Below are positions 1 to 9,470 of a stretch of DNA of 64,000 nt, one piece after another. The notes under the pieces were generated by a model, which saw only the letters and a program-made list of their open reading frames with translations, did no database searches and was not told where the DNA came from. The first letter of the stretch is position 1, and each line of letters starts with the position of its first letter. The position numbers and the translations under genes were made by a program. Source of the stretch: Candidatus Omnitrophota bacterium (lineage in GTDB: Bacteria > Omnitrophota > Gorgyraeia > Gygaellales > Profunditerraquicolaceae); the NCBI GenBank assembly GCA_041653115.1, contig JBAZGA010000006.1, positions 734-64,733 of the forward strand, given 5' to 3'.

Positions 1-922
1 AGCTGCAGACCCGGCCTAAATCGTTCCGCTCTAAATCAACAATCATTACTAATTCTGCCTTGTCTTTGCTGCTCGTCAAGAGTTCTCTTTTAAGGCTGGT
101 ATCGCGTTTTTTGTTTGTGCTGCGGCCGCGCGTGCCTTTCATCGGCCGGGTAACCACTCTATCTTTGCTGACGCTTAAAAACCTCTCCGGTGAGGAGCTT
201 AAAATTTCAAAATCTCCGCCAGCAAAGTAAGCGCCGAAAGGCGCCGGGCTAATCCGGCGCAGGCGCCGGTAAATTCCTACCCCCGGCAAAGGGGTCTCGG
301 TTTCGAACCTCTGCGAGAGGTTTACCTGATAAATATCCCCGCGGCTGATATACTCTTTGGCCCTCTCTACTGCGGCAAGATAATCCTTTTTTTGAAAATT
401 AGATTTTAATTCACTTGCGCGGCTGTACAAATATTGTCCGGAATCACTGCTTTTATCTTGCACGGCCCGGCAAACCAACCGGGATAACTTTTTAAAATTG
501 CTTTCCGCCAAAACCTTTCCCAAACGGTAACCTTTCTCCGGAAAACCTATCGTACACAGGTAGAGCAACTTTTTTGCATGATCGATGATTACGGCGCTGT
601 TATAAAATCCGAAAACGCAATCCGGCATGCCGAGGTTGAAATCATAAGCCAAATAGCCTACTGCGCCGCCTAAAAAAGGCGGGCTGTTTCCGGAAAAAGA
701 AATATGATAGGATTTAAGGGCCGCCCTGATTTTTTTGAACGGCTCTTCGCCCCGGGTTTGTACCTTTAAGAACGGCTGAATGCCCAAAAACGAATACCTG
801 CCGTGCCCTTGAGAGTTCAGCGCTGAATCCAAGAAAAAACAATCTTTGTACCGGCTGAATAATTCAAAAATTCTGAAGGGGTCGGTTTTTAATTTATACG
901 ATTTCAAGATGCAGTATGCCAT
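1..922 (-). CDS. Chorismate-binding enzyme, aminodeoxychorismate synthase component I / anthranilate synthase component I family (PabB-like). The window holds the N-terminal ~307 codons; the gene continues past the window start.
   Basis: Hand translation of the minus strand from the ATG at 922 (an in-frame TAG lies immediately upstream): MAYCILKSYKLKTDPF...GDIYQVNLSQRF...PMKGTRGR...ELVMIVDLERNDLGRVCS. These are hallmark motifs of the PabB/TrpE chorismate-binding fold. The short N-terminal region before the YQVNLSQRF motif favours PabB over TrpE. The ORF track omits it because there is no stop inside the window. Confidence 0.7.
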   Translation of the reverse strand, partial: MAYCILKSYKLKTDPFRIFELFSRYKDCFFLDSALNSQGHGRYSFLGIQPFLKVQTRGEEPFKKIRAALKSYHISFSGNSPPFLGGAVGYLAYDFNLGMPDCVFGFYNSAVIIDHAKKLLYLCTIGFPEKGYRLGKVLAESNFKKLSRLVCRAVQDKSSDSGQYLYSRASELKSNFQKKDYLAAVERAKEYISRGDIYQVNLSQRFETETPLPGVGIYRRLRRISPAPFGAYFAGGDFEILSSSPERFLSVSKDRVVTRPMKGTRGRSTNKKRDTSLKRELLTSSKDKAELVMIVDLERNDLGRVCS

Positions 923-1715
923 CTATCCGAAAAGTGCGCTCTTCATTTCTTAAGCAACAAAATCCCACCAAATAACTGCGGCCGTTTTCCTGCTTGACCT
1001 CTTTGGGGATGACTTCCCTTTCGGAAACCTGAGCACCCGAAGAGGAGAGATATTTGATTTTTAATTTGACCTTTAAATCAATCGCTTCCTGTATTTCAGC
1101 GATTTTTTGCGCATCGGCGTTTTCCAGAAAGTGCGGGTCAATGGCAAAAAGATGGGAGAAGTTCTGGAAGTCATATACCCCTTTAGCTTCCAGCATCCTT
1201 TTTAGTTTATCGAATACCCCTAAGGTGAGCTCAACGTCCGAGAAAGCGCGGTGCTCCTGTTTTTTCTCTATGCCTAGCTTGTCCGCGACAAACCAGAGAG
1301 CGTAACGCTCTAACCCCGGCAAGATACGCCTGGCCATTTTCAGGATATCAAGCACAATAATATTCTTTACTGGCCCCTTGCCTAGAAGTTTTAATTCATT
1401 ATTCAGGAATTCCAGGTCAAAGCCGGCATTATATGAGCAGAGGCAGCTCCCCTGGATAAAATCCAAAAATTTAGGCATCACCTCTTTTATTTCCGGCGCG
1501 CCGGAGAGCATTTGCGCTGTAATCTTATTGACGGCAAAGGCAGCGTCGGAAATCGGCCGTTGAGGATTCACCAGAGCCTGAAAAGTAGCTAATTTTTCTC
1601 TGCCCTTAAACCTAAGCGCGGCAATTTCCACAATCCGGTCGCCTGATGCCGGCTCCAGGCCCGTAGTTTCCGTATCAAAAATCGTAAATTCAACTTCGTT
1701 AATGTCTTTGCGCAT
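894..1715 (-). CDS. DEDDh 3'-5' exonuclease (DnaQ/epsilon-like) with a C-terminal WYL-like domain
   Basis: The exonuclease motifs are all present: Exo I FDTETTG, Exo II YNAGFDLEFL and Exo III HRAFSDVE (H-x4-D). The C-terminal ~80 aa (KIKYLSSSG...YLVGFCCLRNEERTFRIDGIL) match the WYL-domain consensus (Y...YL..C...R.FR.DRI). Confidence 0.6.
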   Translation of the reverse strand: MRKDINEVEFTIFDTETTGLEPASGDRIVEIAALRFKGREKLATFQALVNPQRPISDAAFAVNKITAQMLSGAPEIKEVMPKFLDFIQGSCLCSYNAGFDLEFLNNELKLLGKGPVKNIIVLDILKMARRILPGLERYALWFVADKLGIEKKQEHRAFSDVELTLGVFDKLKRMLEAKGVYDFQNFSHLFAIDPHFLENADAQKIAEIQEAIDLKVKLKIKYLSSSGAQVSEREVIPKEVKQENGRSYLVGFCCLRNEERTFRIDGILHLEIV

Positions 1716-1725
1716 CTTTATCCGG

Positions 1726-2619
1726 TTATCTTCTTTTCACAATATACGCCGGTACAAGTCTTACCGGATGATACGAAAGTTTGACTCGTTTTAAATTTTC
1801 CAGGCCGGAATCATCCATAATGTTGATATACTTATAATCCTTGAGTTCCCGACAGAATTCACGGAAGATAAATTGCGCCAGGCCCTTAATGGATAAATCG
1901 GTTATTTCGTATAAAATGCAGAAGGTCTCCTGGTTTAACTTAAAGCCGAAAGTAAAGGCCTTGACCTTGCTGCCGATTTTGACTATCCTGCCCGTACATT
2001 TTAAATCGCGATAATTATCGAGTAATAACCTCAGCGCGCTGAGATTATCTTTAAGCATCCACTGGTAGAGGGCGTCTTTCTGGTTACTGCTGCGCTCCCT
2101 CGCCCAGAGATTGTATAACTCCAGGCAACCGCTCTTATCTTCTCCGCGATAAACTAGGTAAGCGAAATCATAATTTTTGCTAAAATAATTAAAGCCTGCC
2201 CGCTTAGATTTAAACTTATCCCCGCTTAATTCCGCCAGCTCTTGCCTTAAGCAAAGGTAGTCCGATGATTTATGCACGCATTCAAGGCCGAGCGCCTCAT
2301 AGAATTTCAAGCTCCCTTCTTCGACATTTTCAATGCGGGAAATTTCTTTATTTTGATTGAATTTATCTAAAATTTCAAATACTTCTTTTACGGCCCCGGC
2401 TTTTATTTTCTTTGCCAGGGGCGCGAGGTATAAAAAAGCGCCGATTTTATCTTTAAAGAACACGCAAAGGCTGCCCTCAATTATCGCCCATTTGATTTCA
2501 AAGAGCGCTTTCCAGATATAGATATTTTCAAAGGCATAAACCGATAGCTTGTGGCTGGCGAAATTCAGGTATTCAGAAAAAGTCCCTTTATCCCGCAGGG
2601 ATAAATCATGCAATTCCAT
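1726..2619 (-). CDS. DUF2156 family protein (MprF C-terminal / aminoacyl-phosphatidylglycerol synthase catalytic-domain fold, FemABX-like)
   Basis: The N-terminal pattern LSLRDKGTFSEYLNFASHKLSVYAFENIYIWKALFEIKWAIIEGSLCVF is the signature I associate with stand-alone DUF2156 proteins. Length is ~300 aa. This is recognition from memory, not a database search. Confidence 0.55.
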   Translation of the reverse strand: MELHDLSLRDKGTFSEYLNFASHKLSVYAFENIYIWKALFEIKWAIIEGSLCVFFKDKIGAFLYLAPLAKKIKAGAVKEVFEILDKFNQNKEISRIENVEEGSLKFYEALGLECVHKSSDYLCLRQELAELSGDKFKSKRAGFNYFSKNYDFAYLVYRGEDKSGCLELYNLWARERSSNQKDALYQWMLKDNLSALRLLLDNYRDLKCTGRIVKIGSKVKAFTFGFKLNQETFCILYEITDLSIKGLAQFIFREFCRELKDYKYINIMDDSGLENLKRVKLSYHPVRLVPAYIVKRR

Positions 2620-3115
2620 GGGGCAGATTCAACTCAACGACATCGAGGACTTGCGCGTATGCCTGGATAATCTGTGGGTTATTTTTCAAGAGCCTTAAAT
2701 ACGCCGGAGAATTCAATAAATCCGCCAGATAGAGGGTGTATTCTTTAAATTCCGGGGTATTGATTTTCTCCTGAACATAAGGGCAGTTTAAATCCACCGT
2801 CAGGAGCGCTTTTTTCTGGCGCAGCGAAAGAAGAAAAGGATAGAGCTGGCATTCAAAGGGCCGCGAATTATAAATCGCGCATTTATTGTCTGTTATAGAG
2901 AGAAAAGGGCAGAAAAAACCTTCGTTGCCCTCAATGACCTTCGGCATGATTCTTTTATCCATCGATAAAGAAACCGCGGCGATGCCTTTTTTATCCGCCA
3001 ATTCCACTATTTCTTCATCCAGCAAACAGGGCAGCCATACGGAGTTTGCTTCGCTAAAGCGGCAGCAGCCCCGGCACTTCAAACAGACATCTTCGGGCAC
3101 AAACTGTTTAATCAC
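2606..3115 (-). CDS. YkgJ-family CxxCxxCC putative zinc/iron-chelating protein
   Basis: A CLKCRGCC motif lies near the N-terminus, followed by conserved Cys, as in the UPF0153/CxxCxxCC family. Confidence 0.6.
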   Translation of the reverse strand: MIKQFVPEDVCLKCRGCCRFSEANSVWLPCLLDEEIVELADKKGIAAVSLSMDKRIMPKVIEGNEGFFCPFLSITDNKCAIYNSRPFECQLYPFLLSLRQKKALLTVDLNCPYVQEKINTPEFKEYTLYLADLLNSPAYLRLLKNNPQIIQAYAQVLDVVELNLPHGIA

Positions 3116-3432
3116 TTAACGATGCTCCCTAACCTTACTTTTTTCTCCGGGCTGATAATAGCGATGCCGGCTTCATCCGCGGCCGCCAAAATCATCCCCT
3201 GGCTTTCTACTCCCCGCAAAAGAGCGGGTTCTAAATTATCCACCAGCACAACCTGCTTGCCCACTAAATCTTCTTTTATGTAGGAGGTCTTGATACCTGC
3301 CACCACTTGTTTGGTTTTATCGCCCAAATCTACAGTAATGATATAAAGCCTGTCGGCATTGGGATGATCGTTAACCTCTTTTATTTCAGCGACTTTGAAC
3401 TCTAATTTCCTAAAATCTTCGATGCTGACCAT
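3112..3432 (-). CDS. Stand-alone tRNA-binding domain protein (CsaA / Trbp111 / Myf-domain OB fold)
   Basis: VNDHPNADRLYIITVDLGDKTKQVVAGIKTSY...GVESQGMILAA matches the tRNA-binding OB domain found in MetRS C-termini, PheT N-termini and CsaA. Confidence 0.7.
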   Translation of the reverse strand: MVSIEDFRKLEFKVAEIKEVNDHPNADRLYIITVDLGDKTKQVVAGIKTSYIKEDLVGKQVVLVDNLEPALLRGVESQGMILAAADEAGIAIISPEKKVRLGSIVK

Positions 3433-3579
3433 TATTGCCCCCTTTTGACGGCCACGCTATAATTTCAGCCGATTAATTTTATATATCATAACACGGCAAA
3501 TGCCAAAAAACAAGCTTAAATAAGCCGGCAATTGACTTTTCCGGGGTATATGCTAAACTCAAATAAAAGCCGATAGGCC

Positions 3580-5049
3580 ATGTTGAGCAAAACTAAAAAA
3601 TACTGGTTAATTCTATCTTTATTTATTCTTTTTCTCGGCGTCCGCTTGTATCATTTAGGTTACCATGATTTTTGGTATGACGAAATAAGAACCATTGAAT
3701 TCGCCAAAAATCTCTGGCGCAACGACCGGGATGCCCCGCTTTATTATTTATTGCTGCGCTTCTGGATAAAGTTTTTTGGCACATCGGAATTCATTGTCCG
3801 CCTGCCCTCGGCAATTCTCAATTTTTTATCCGTAGTTTTAACTTTCTTCCTGGGCAGGAAGCTTTTCAATTTAAGGGTGGGGCTATTCGCAGCGCTCTTG
3901 ATGGGTCTCTCCCCATTTCATCTCTGGTATGCCCAGGAAGCGCGCGATTATAATCTGGCGATATTGCTGGGGGTCCTCTCTGCTTATCTGTTTTATAAAG
4001 CGGACAGGAAAGGCTCATACGGATTATGGGCTTCTTTCGCCCTGGTATCTATAGCCGGGCTATACACCCATTATTTCTACGCCCTTTTAATCCTGGGGCA
4101 GGCGTTCTTCATTTTAAGAAGAAAAACGGGCTTGGGATTCAGGCGGATTGCCCCTTTTCTGGCGATTATCTTTGGCTTTGGCTTATACCTGCCGAGGCTA
4201 CTGAAGAAATTCAGCTTTAGCCAAAATGAAATCTGGATAGCCCCGCCTACGCTGAAATCAATAATTATTTCCCTGGAAAACTTCATTCTGGGCTACAACG
4301 GCTCTCGCGCGCTTTATCTCTGCGCGGATACCATCGCCGTGATACTTTTTATTACGGCCTTAAAAGGCTTATCCAAAAAAGAATTAAAGGAGCCTGTTTT
4401 AATGTGCGTATTTTTATTCTTTCTTCCGCTGGCTGCCGCTTTCTTTTTCTCCAGGCAGTTTTTCCCTGTATACGTGGACCGGCGACTGATTATCTTTACG
4501 CCATATCTTTACCTGCTTTTAGCCCTGGGGATTACCTGCCTGGGCAGACGTATAAGATGGGCGCTATTGAGTCTTTTGTTCTTTATTTTCTGCATTGCCG
4601 GCTACAACTATTTTCATGACCGGCTGTTTATGCCCTTTGAGCATCATCTTGGCGCATTTATCAAAAAGCCGTTTAAGCCGGCAGTTAAATTCTTGGAAGA
4701 TAACGCCCGCTCTGAAGACGCGCTCGCTTTTACGGATATCTCGGCTATGCCTTCCATAAAATTTTATGGCCGGGGGCAATTAAAAAACCCCTACTTCTTC
4801 TTTGACCCGCGCATCCCTGCCGATATCGCCTGGCATCGGCCTCGCTGGAAAAGTATTCCTTTGGAAAAAACAAAGTCGCTGCGGGTAAGAAAAATCTGGG
4901 TTGTTTACGCAAACTGGGCAAGGAATGACAAGTGGGACGCTAATACCCGGTCGGTAAAAAAATGGCTGGAGCGCCGCTATAAGCAGGAATTAACGAAAGA
5001 ATTTGATGGCTTATATATAGTTAGATACTTAAAAAAATGGGGTCCTTAA
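3580..5049 (+). CDS. GT-C fold membrane glycosyltransferase (family 39/83, ArnT/PMT-like)
   Basis: 489-aa polytopic membrane protein. Its N-terminus (RLYHLGYHDFWYDEIRTIEFAKNL) is typical of dolichyl-phosphate-mannose / undecaprenyl-phosphate-sugar transferases. Confidence 0.6.
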   Translation: MLSKTKKYWLILSLFILFLGVRLYHLGYHDFWYDEIRTIEFAKNLWRNDRDAPLYYLLLRFWIKFFGTSEFIVRLPSAILNFLSVVLTFFLGRKLFNLRVGLFAALLMGLSPFHLWYAQEARDYNLAILLGVLSAYLFYKADRKGSYGLWASFALVSIAGLYTHYFYALLILGQAFFILRRKTGLGFRRIAPFLAIIFGFGLYLPRLLKKFSFSQNEIWIAPPTLKSIIISLENFILGYNGSRALYLCADTIAVILFITALKGLSKKELKEPVLMCVFLFFLPLAAAFFFSRQFFPVYVDRRLIIFTPYLYLLLALGITCLGRRIRWALLSLLFFIFCIAGYNYFHDRLFMPFEHHLGAFIKKPFKPAVKFLEDNARSEDALAFTDISAMPSIKFYGRGQLKNPYFFFDPRIPADIAWHRPRWKSIPLEKTKSLRVRKIWVVYANWARNDKWDANTRSVKKWLERRYKQELTKEFDGLYIVRYLKKWGP

Positions 5050-5065
5050 AATTCCGCGGGGAAAA

Positions 5066-5144
5066 TGGCGGGCCCGACGAGATTTGAACTCGCGGTCTTC
5101 AGATCGACAATCTGACGTGCTAAACCAGGCTGCACCACGGGCCC
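5066..5144 (-). tRNA. tRNA-Asp (anticodon GTC)
   Basis: Hand-folded cloverleaf on the minus strand: acceptor GGGCCCG/CGGGCCC, anticodon stem TCAGA/TCTGA with loop TTGTCGA, T-loop TTCAAAT, discriminator G, and an encoded CCA. Confidence 0.85.
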
Positions 5145-5232
5145 ATTAAAGGGGTTAATTGTAACTTAAAAAACACCTTATTGCAATAAAATTCTCCAGC
5201 CCCTCGCTTATGAGAGTCTAATCAATAAAAGC

Positions 5233-5309
5233 TGGTGGGCGGTAGAGGAGTCGAACCCCTGACCTTGTGAATGTAAGTCACACGTTCTAACCAGCTGAAC
5301 TAACCGCCC
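5233..5309 (-). tRNA. tRNA-Val (anticodon TAC)
   Basis: On the minus strand: GGGCGGTTAGTTCAGCTGGTTAGAAC...TGTGA CTTACAT TCACA...GGTTCGACTCC...ACCGCCCACCA. The anticodon loop is CTTACAT. Confidence 0.85.
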
Positions 5310-5314
5310 GGAAA

Positions 5315-5752
5315 TTAGAATTTTCCTAAAAGCCCCAGAGTAAAAGCCATGACAAAAAGCGCTACGGTCTCGATAATCCCTAAAATCACGATATAATTAC
5401 CAAAGCCTTTGCCGGTTTCGCCCATCGCATCGCAGGCGCTGGCAGCGGCTTTACCCTGCCAATAAGCAGAAATCCCCATTGCCGCGCCGGCAAAAGCGCC
5501 TATCCCCCATAAATATAACCCCTTGTTGACGATATCCATCATCCGGTTCATCGTAATCATCCCGTAAACCGTCTGGGTAAGCGGCGCGCCGACAAAGGCA
5601 ACCAGCATAAAGGAAGCCGGCTTGTTCTGGGAAAAATTTTTCTTCCAGGCGCCAATCGCCGCCATCCCTGCCACTCCTGCGCCGGCAGCAGAGCCGACTG
5701 CGGCAAACGCCAAAGCCATAATTGCTCCGAAATCCTTGAATTGTTCCAGCAT
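5315..5752 (-). CDS. atpK: V-type ATPase subunit K (proteolipid c)
   Basis: 145-aa Gly/Ala-rich four-helix proteolipid with a conserved Glu in the last helix. It is the last gene of the V-ATPase operon. Confidence 0.8.
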   Translation of the reverse strand: MLEQFKDFGAIMALAFAAVGSAAGAGVAGMAAIGAWKKNFSQNKPASFMLVAFVGAPLTQTVYGMITMNRMMDIVNKGLYLWGIGAFAGAAMGISAYWQGKAAASACDAMGETGKGFGNYIVILGIIETVALFVMAFTLGLLGKF

Positions 5753-5762
5753 GATTTCCTCC

Positions 5763-7535
5763 TTAATCTTCGCTCAGCGGCTGATAGGGTGTCCCGCTCC
5801 AGGTAACATTGGCGTGGCCGCTGAATTCCAGGACATTAAGCCTGATCCCGTGCACGACTACCGCCAAAGGCCCAAGGATAAGGTTGAGGGCGTGACCCAG
5901 TAAAATAATCATCGCACCTAAAATCAGGGTAAAGAAATTTACTTTACCGTTGCCGAATACCATGGCATTGAAGGTATCGGCTACCGCCACAGTCGCCAGG
6001 CCGACGGCAAAAAGGCGCACGTAAGAAACTACGTCGGTAAAATTATTCATCAGGCTTAAGGCTACCGTGCCTAAGCCGCTGCCGATGGCTTTGAAAATAT
6101 TTTTTTGCGGCTTGCTGAAAAAGACGACCAGGGCAACGCCGATAGCGAATAACCAGATTACGAAGACGGGGAAGCTGTCGCCTAAAATCAGCGTATTTGC
6201 TAAAAAGAAAGCCGCCCAGAGCACGCCAATCCAGCCTAAGTCCGCTAACGCCTTAAGAGACGGCAGTTTTATGCTCATCCTCCAGAAATGCGCGATGCTT
6301 AAATGCAGCGCCCCCACAAAGAAACAAAAGCGCTGCGCGGTTTCGGCATTATTTAATCCCGGTAACAGCGGCCGGAACCCTGTTTTCGCCAGCCAGGCCT
6401 GACCGAAAAATGTGCCGCTCAAGAGCCCCCATATCATAGCGCAAAGGCTTAAGAGGTAAAAGAGAAAAAACGGCGCCTGGTCACTTATTTTTCTGCCTAA
6501 TTTCTTATGCAGCCAGAAGGTCAGGATAAAATAAACCAACCCGTAACCGGCATCGCCGATTAAAATCCCGAAGAAAAGGCTAAAAAATATCAGGAAAACC
6601 GGACTGATATCCAGCTCGCGGTAGCCGGGGATTATTTCCAAAAACCGGAAAACCGGATTGATTAACCTGACGAAACGGTTGCTGCGGATTAAAGTCGGGA
6701 CATTGTCATTTTCGCACGGCTGGCTTATCACAATACCCCATTGTTTAATCTTGGCCCGGGCCGATAATCTTTCTACGGCGTCAAAAGGAATATAGCCGCT
6801 GACATAGGAGAGTGTGCCGATATTAGCCATGCCGGCAATTGCCTGCTGGAATTTAAGCTCCTTTTCCATTTCCTTGCCCGCTTGAATCAACGCCGGCAGT
6901 AAATCCAAATGGCGGCGGATATCGAGATTTATCGCTTGCATAACCTTTTCTTCTTCCATAAGCCTGGCGCGCATTTCTGCCAATCCCTGCTTAGGCAAAG
7001 CTATTTCTCTAAACCGGCACTCAAACCTTACCAGCGATACGGTTGCGCAATAAATAAAGCCGTTGCGGCTAAAGAGCGGCTGGACAAAAACTTCCGCGGG
7101 AAAATCTTTTATTTGGCGCGCCGGTACCTGATACAACTTGACATAAATGCCCTTTTCCGCCAAGCGCTCTATTTCCTGCGGCGGAAAATCCCCCCAGCGC
7201 TCCCATTCACTGATCTGCTGCGCCAGGCTGCGCGCATAAGTTTCCAGGTGGTCGTATCTTTTCCAGAGGTCAACAATGTGCCGGGCCTGTATTTTACAGT
7301 CGCCGGGAGCCTGCCGAGGCGTTTCAGTTTTTTTATTTTTTTCCGCTGCCTGCTCTAAAACCGCCAGGCAATTCTTTAATAAGGCCGCTTCTTCCTGTAA
7401 AATATTTATGTCCCGGCTTTGCGGAGGGTTTTGGTGCTCGATATGCAAAAGCCCCATCCGGCGCAACTCATTTAAGGCCGCAGAGCTGTCTTTTTCTTGA
7501 AAAATAACCACCGCCTTTTTCATCGGTACGATCAT
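5763..7535 (-). CDS. atpI: V-type ATPase subunit I (a)
   Basis: 590 aa with a soluble N-terminal half and a polytopic C-terminal half. It sits between D and K in the operon. Confidence 0.8.
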   Translation of the reverse strand: MIVPMKKAVVIFQEKDSSAALNELRRMGLLHIEHQNPPQSRDINILQEEAALLKNCLAVLEQAAEKNKKTETPRQAPGDCKIQARHIVDLWKRYDHLETYARSLAQQISEWERWGDFPPQEIERLAEKGIYVKLYQVPARQIKDFPAEVFVQPLFSRNGFIYCATVSLVRFECRFREIALPKQGLAEMRARLMEEEKVMQAINLDIRRHLDLLPALIQAGKEMEKELKFQQAIAGMANIGTLSYVSGYIPFDAVERLSARAKIKQWGIVISQPCENDNVPTLIRSNRFVRLINPVFRFLEIIPGYRELDISPVFLIFFSLFFGILIGDAGYGLVYFILTFWLHKKLGRKISDQAPFFLFYLLSLCAMIWGLLSGTFFGQAWLAKTGFRPLLPGLNNAETAQRFCFFVGALHLSIAHFWRMSIKLPSLKALADLGWIGVLWAAFFLANTLILGDSFPVFVIWLFAIGVALVVFFSKPQKNIFKAIGSGLGTVALSLMNNFTDVVSYVRLFAVGLATVAVADTFNAMVFGNGKVNFFTLILGAMIILLGHALNLILGPLAVVVHGIRLNVLEFSGHANVTWSGTPYQPLSED

Positions 7536-7547
7536 AGATTCTCTCTC

Positions 7548-8198
7548 TTAGGCTGCGAGGGATGCTTCTGCGTATTCTTCATACTCTTCTATTTTCCTCT
7601 TGGCGATTTTACTGCGGCCGACGGCATTGCTCATCTGGTCGCCGATATATATCTTAATCAGCCGGATCGCCTCTTCTGCCTCGGGAATTTTCACTTTTTC
7701 GAAAAGGTTCACCCGCTGCGTGGTAATACGCAGTTCCTGCCTTAATATGGCTACGCCCTCTTCGATAGTCTCGATTTCTTTTTTCAGCGAAACCAGCTCC
7801 CTTAACGCTGCGGCGGCAAAATCAACCCAGAGTGGCAAAGAGAATAAATCATACTCTGCCTCAGGGAAATCAACTTTTTCAAAAACCGGCAGGCTGACGC
7901 CCGCGACATTTTTCTCACCCCTTACGACATTTAATGGCGAAACCCACTCCTTTAAACCGCCGATATTCTCTGTTAATAAACCCGCCCAAAGCTGAATCAC
8001 CTCTTCTTTCTTTTCTGCCAGGCGCTCCTTCTCTGACAGAAGATTAAGCTGCCCGGCAATCTCAAGCTGCAATTGCTGCTTCTTTAACTGCAGTGTCGGC
8101 AGGTATCTCTTATACTGGCTTAAGGCATCGCGCTGCCTTTTTAATTCGCCTTTAGTAAGCTTGATTTTAGACATTTCTTCACTTCCAGTATTTCTCAA
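7548..8198 (-). CDS. atpD: V-type ATPase subunit D
   Basis: 216-aa coiled-coil protein beginning [36 protein letters not shown], the typical subunit D N-terminus. Confidence 0.8.
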   Translation of the reverse strand: MRNTGSEEMSKIKLTKGELKRQRDALSQYKRYLPTLQLKKQQLQLEIAGQLNLLSEKERLAEKKEEVIQLWAGLLTENIGGLKEWVSPLNVVRGEKNVAGVSLPVFEKVDFPEAEYDLFSLPLWVDFAAAALRELVSLKKEIETIEEGVAILRQELRITTQRVNLFEKVKIPEAEEAIRLIKIYIGDQMSNAVGRSKIAKRKIEEYEEYAEASLAA

Positions 8199-9468
8199 TT
8201 ATCGACTTTTTGATACCGGTTTCTTCGGGATTAAAACACTGCGCCAGAATTTCCCATCCTTTATCCAGCGCCTCCTCCAGGGGAAGATTAATTTCCAGCG
8301 GCATCATTTCCCGCTCAAAGAGTTTTCCGTAACGCAAAAGTTTTTTATCCCAACTGCTCATCTGGAAACCCATTGCCTGTTTTTCCACGGTCTCGCGGTA
8401 ATTGGCGAATAATTGAATCATCGTATCCATAATCGTCCGGTGGTCATCGCGGGTCTTGCCGTTTACCTGCTGTTTCAGCCGGCTCAAAGAGCCAAAGGGC
8501 TCAATCACTCTATTTTTTAAATAAAATTGGCCTTCGGTAATATAACCGGTATTATCCGGAACAGGGTGGGTGACGTCGTCTCCCGGCATAGTCGTAACCG
8601 CAAGAACTGTAATCGAGCCTGCGTCCTCAAAATCAACCGCCTTTTCATAGCGCGCTGCCAACTGGCTGTAAAGGTCTCCGGGGTAGCCGCGGTTTGAAGG
8701 GACCTGCTCCATGGTAATGGAGATTTCTTTGAGGGCGTCGCAGAAATTGGTCATATCGCTCAAAAGCACCAGTACTCTTTTCCCGTCCAAGGCAAAATTT
8801 TCCGCTACTGCCAGGCTGATATCCGGCACCAGCAAACACTCTACTGTCGGGTCGGCTGCCGTATGGATAAACATAACCGAACGCGAGAGCGCGCCGTGTT
8901 CTTCCAGCTTATCCCGGAAAAAAAGGTAATCGTCGTATTTTAAACCCATCCCCCCTAAAATAATAATATCGACTTCTGCCTGGGTGGCTATCCTGGCGAG
9001 CAATTCGTTGTAAGGCTCTCCGGCAATGGAAAAAATCGGCAGTTTCTGGGATTCTACAAGCGAATTAAAAACATCTATCATCGGAATGCCCGTGCGCACC
9101 ATTTTATTGGGGATAATCCTCTTTGCCGGGTTTACCGAAGGAGTGCCAATATCGATTAAATTATCCGAAAGCCGCGGCCCGTTATCAAGGGGCGAGCCGC
9201 TTCCGTTAAAAATACGGCCTAATAAATCATCTCCGCTGGCTACGCGCATCGGATGGCCGAGGAACCTGACCTTATCTCCCGTCGAGATACCTTTACTGCC
9301 GGCAAAAACCTGCAGAGAGACTTTCTTGCCGTCAATGCGGATTACCTGCGCTAAAGATGTACCGCGTCTGGTAGATACCTGCGCGATCTCCATATACCCG
9401 ATATTTTCCGCTTCCACGCTAATCAGGTCGCCGGCAATCTGGATAATATTAGTGTGCACCTTGCGCAT
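8179..9468 (-). CDS. atpB: V-type ATPase subunit B (regulatory)
   Basis: 429 aa with an A/B-family fold and no intact P-loop. It lies downstream of subunit A. Confidence 0.85.
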   Translation of the reverse strand: MRKVHTNIIQIAGDLISVEAENIGYMEIAQVSTRRGTSLAQVIRIDGKKVSLQVFAGSKGISTGDKVRFLGHPMRVASGDDLLGRIFNGSGSPLDNGPRLSDNLIDIGTPSVNPAKRIIPNKMVRTGIPMIDVFNSLVESQKLPIFSIAGEPYNELLARIATQAEVDIIILGGMGLKYDDYLFFRDKLEEHGALSRSVMFIHTAADPTVECLLVPDISLAVAENFALDGKRVLVLLSDMTNFCDALKEISITMEQVPSNRGYPGDLYSQLAARYEKAVDFEDAGSITVLAVTTMPGDDVTHPVPDNTGYITEGQFYLKNRVIEPFGSLSRLKQQVNGKTRDDHRTIMDTMIQLFANYRETVEKQAMGFQMSSWDKKLLRYGKLFEREMMPLEINLPLEEALDKGWEILAQCFNPEETGIKKSIIEKYWK

Positions 9469-9470
9469 CT

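Noticed and set aside
3433-3579. Possible promoter for the GT-C glycosyltransferase (TTGACT ... TAAACT).
   Set aside because: The -10 is a weak match (TAAACT) and the Shine-Dalgarno is poor. I am not confident enough to list it as a feature.
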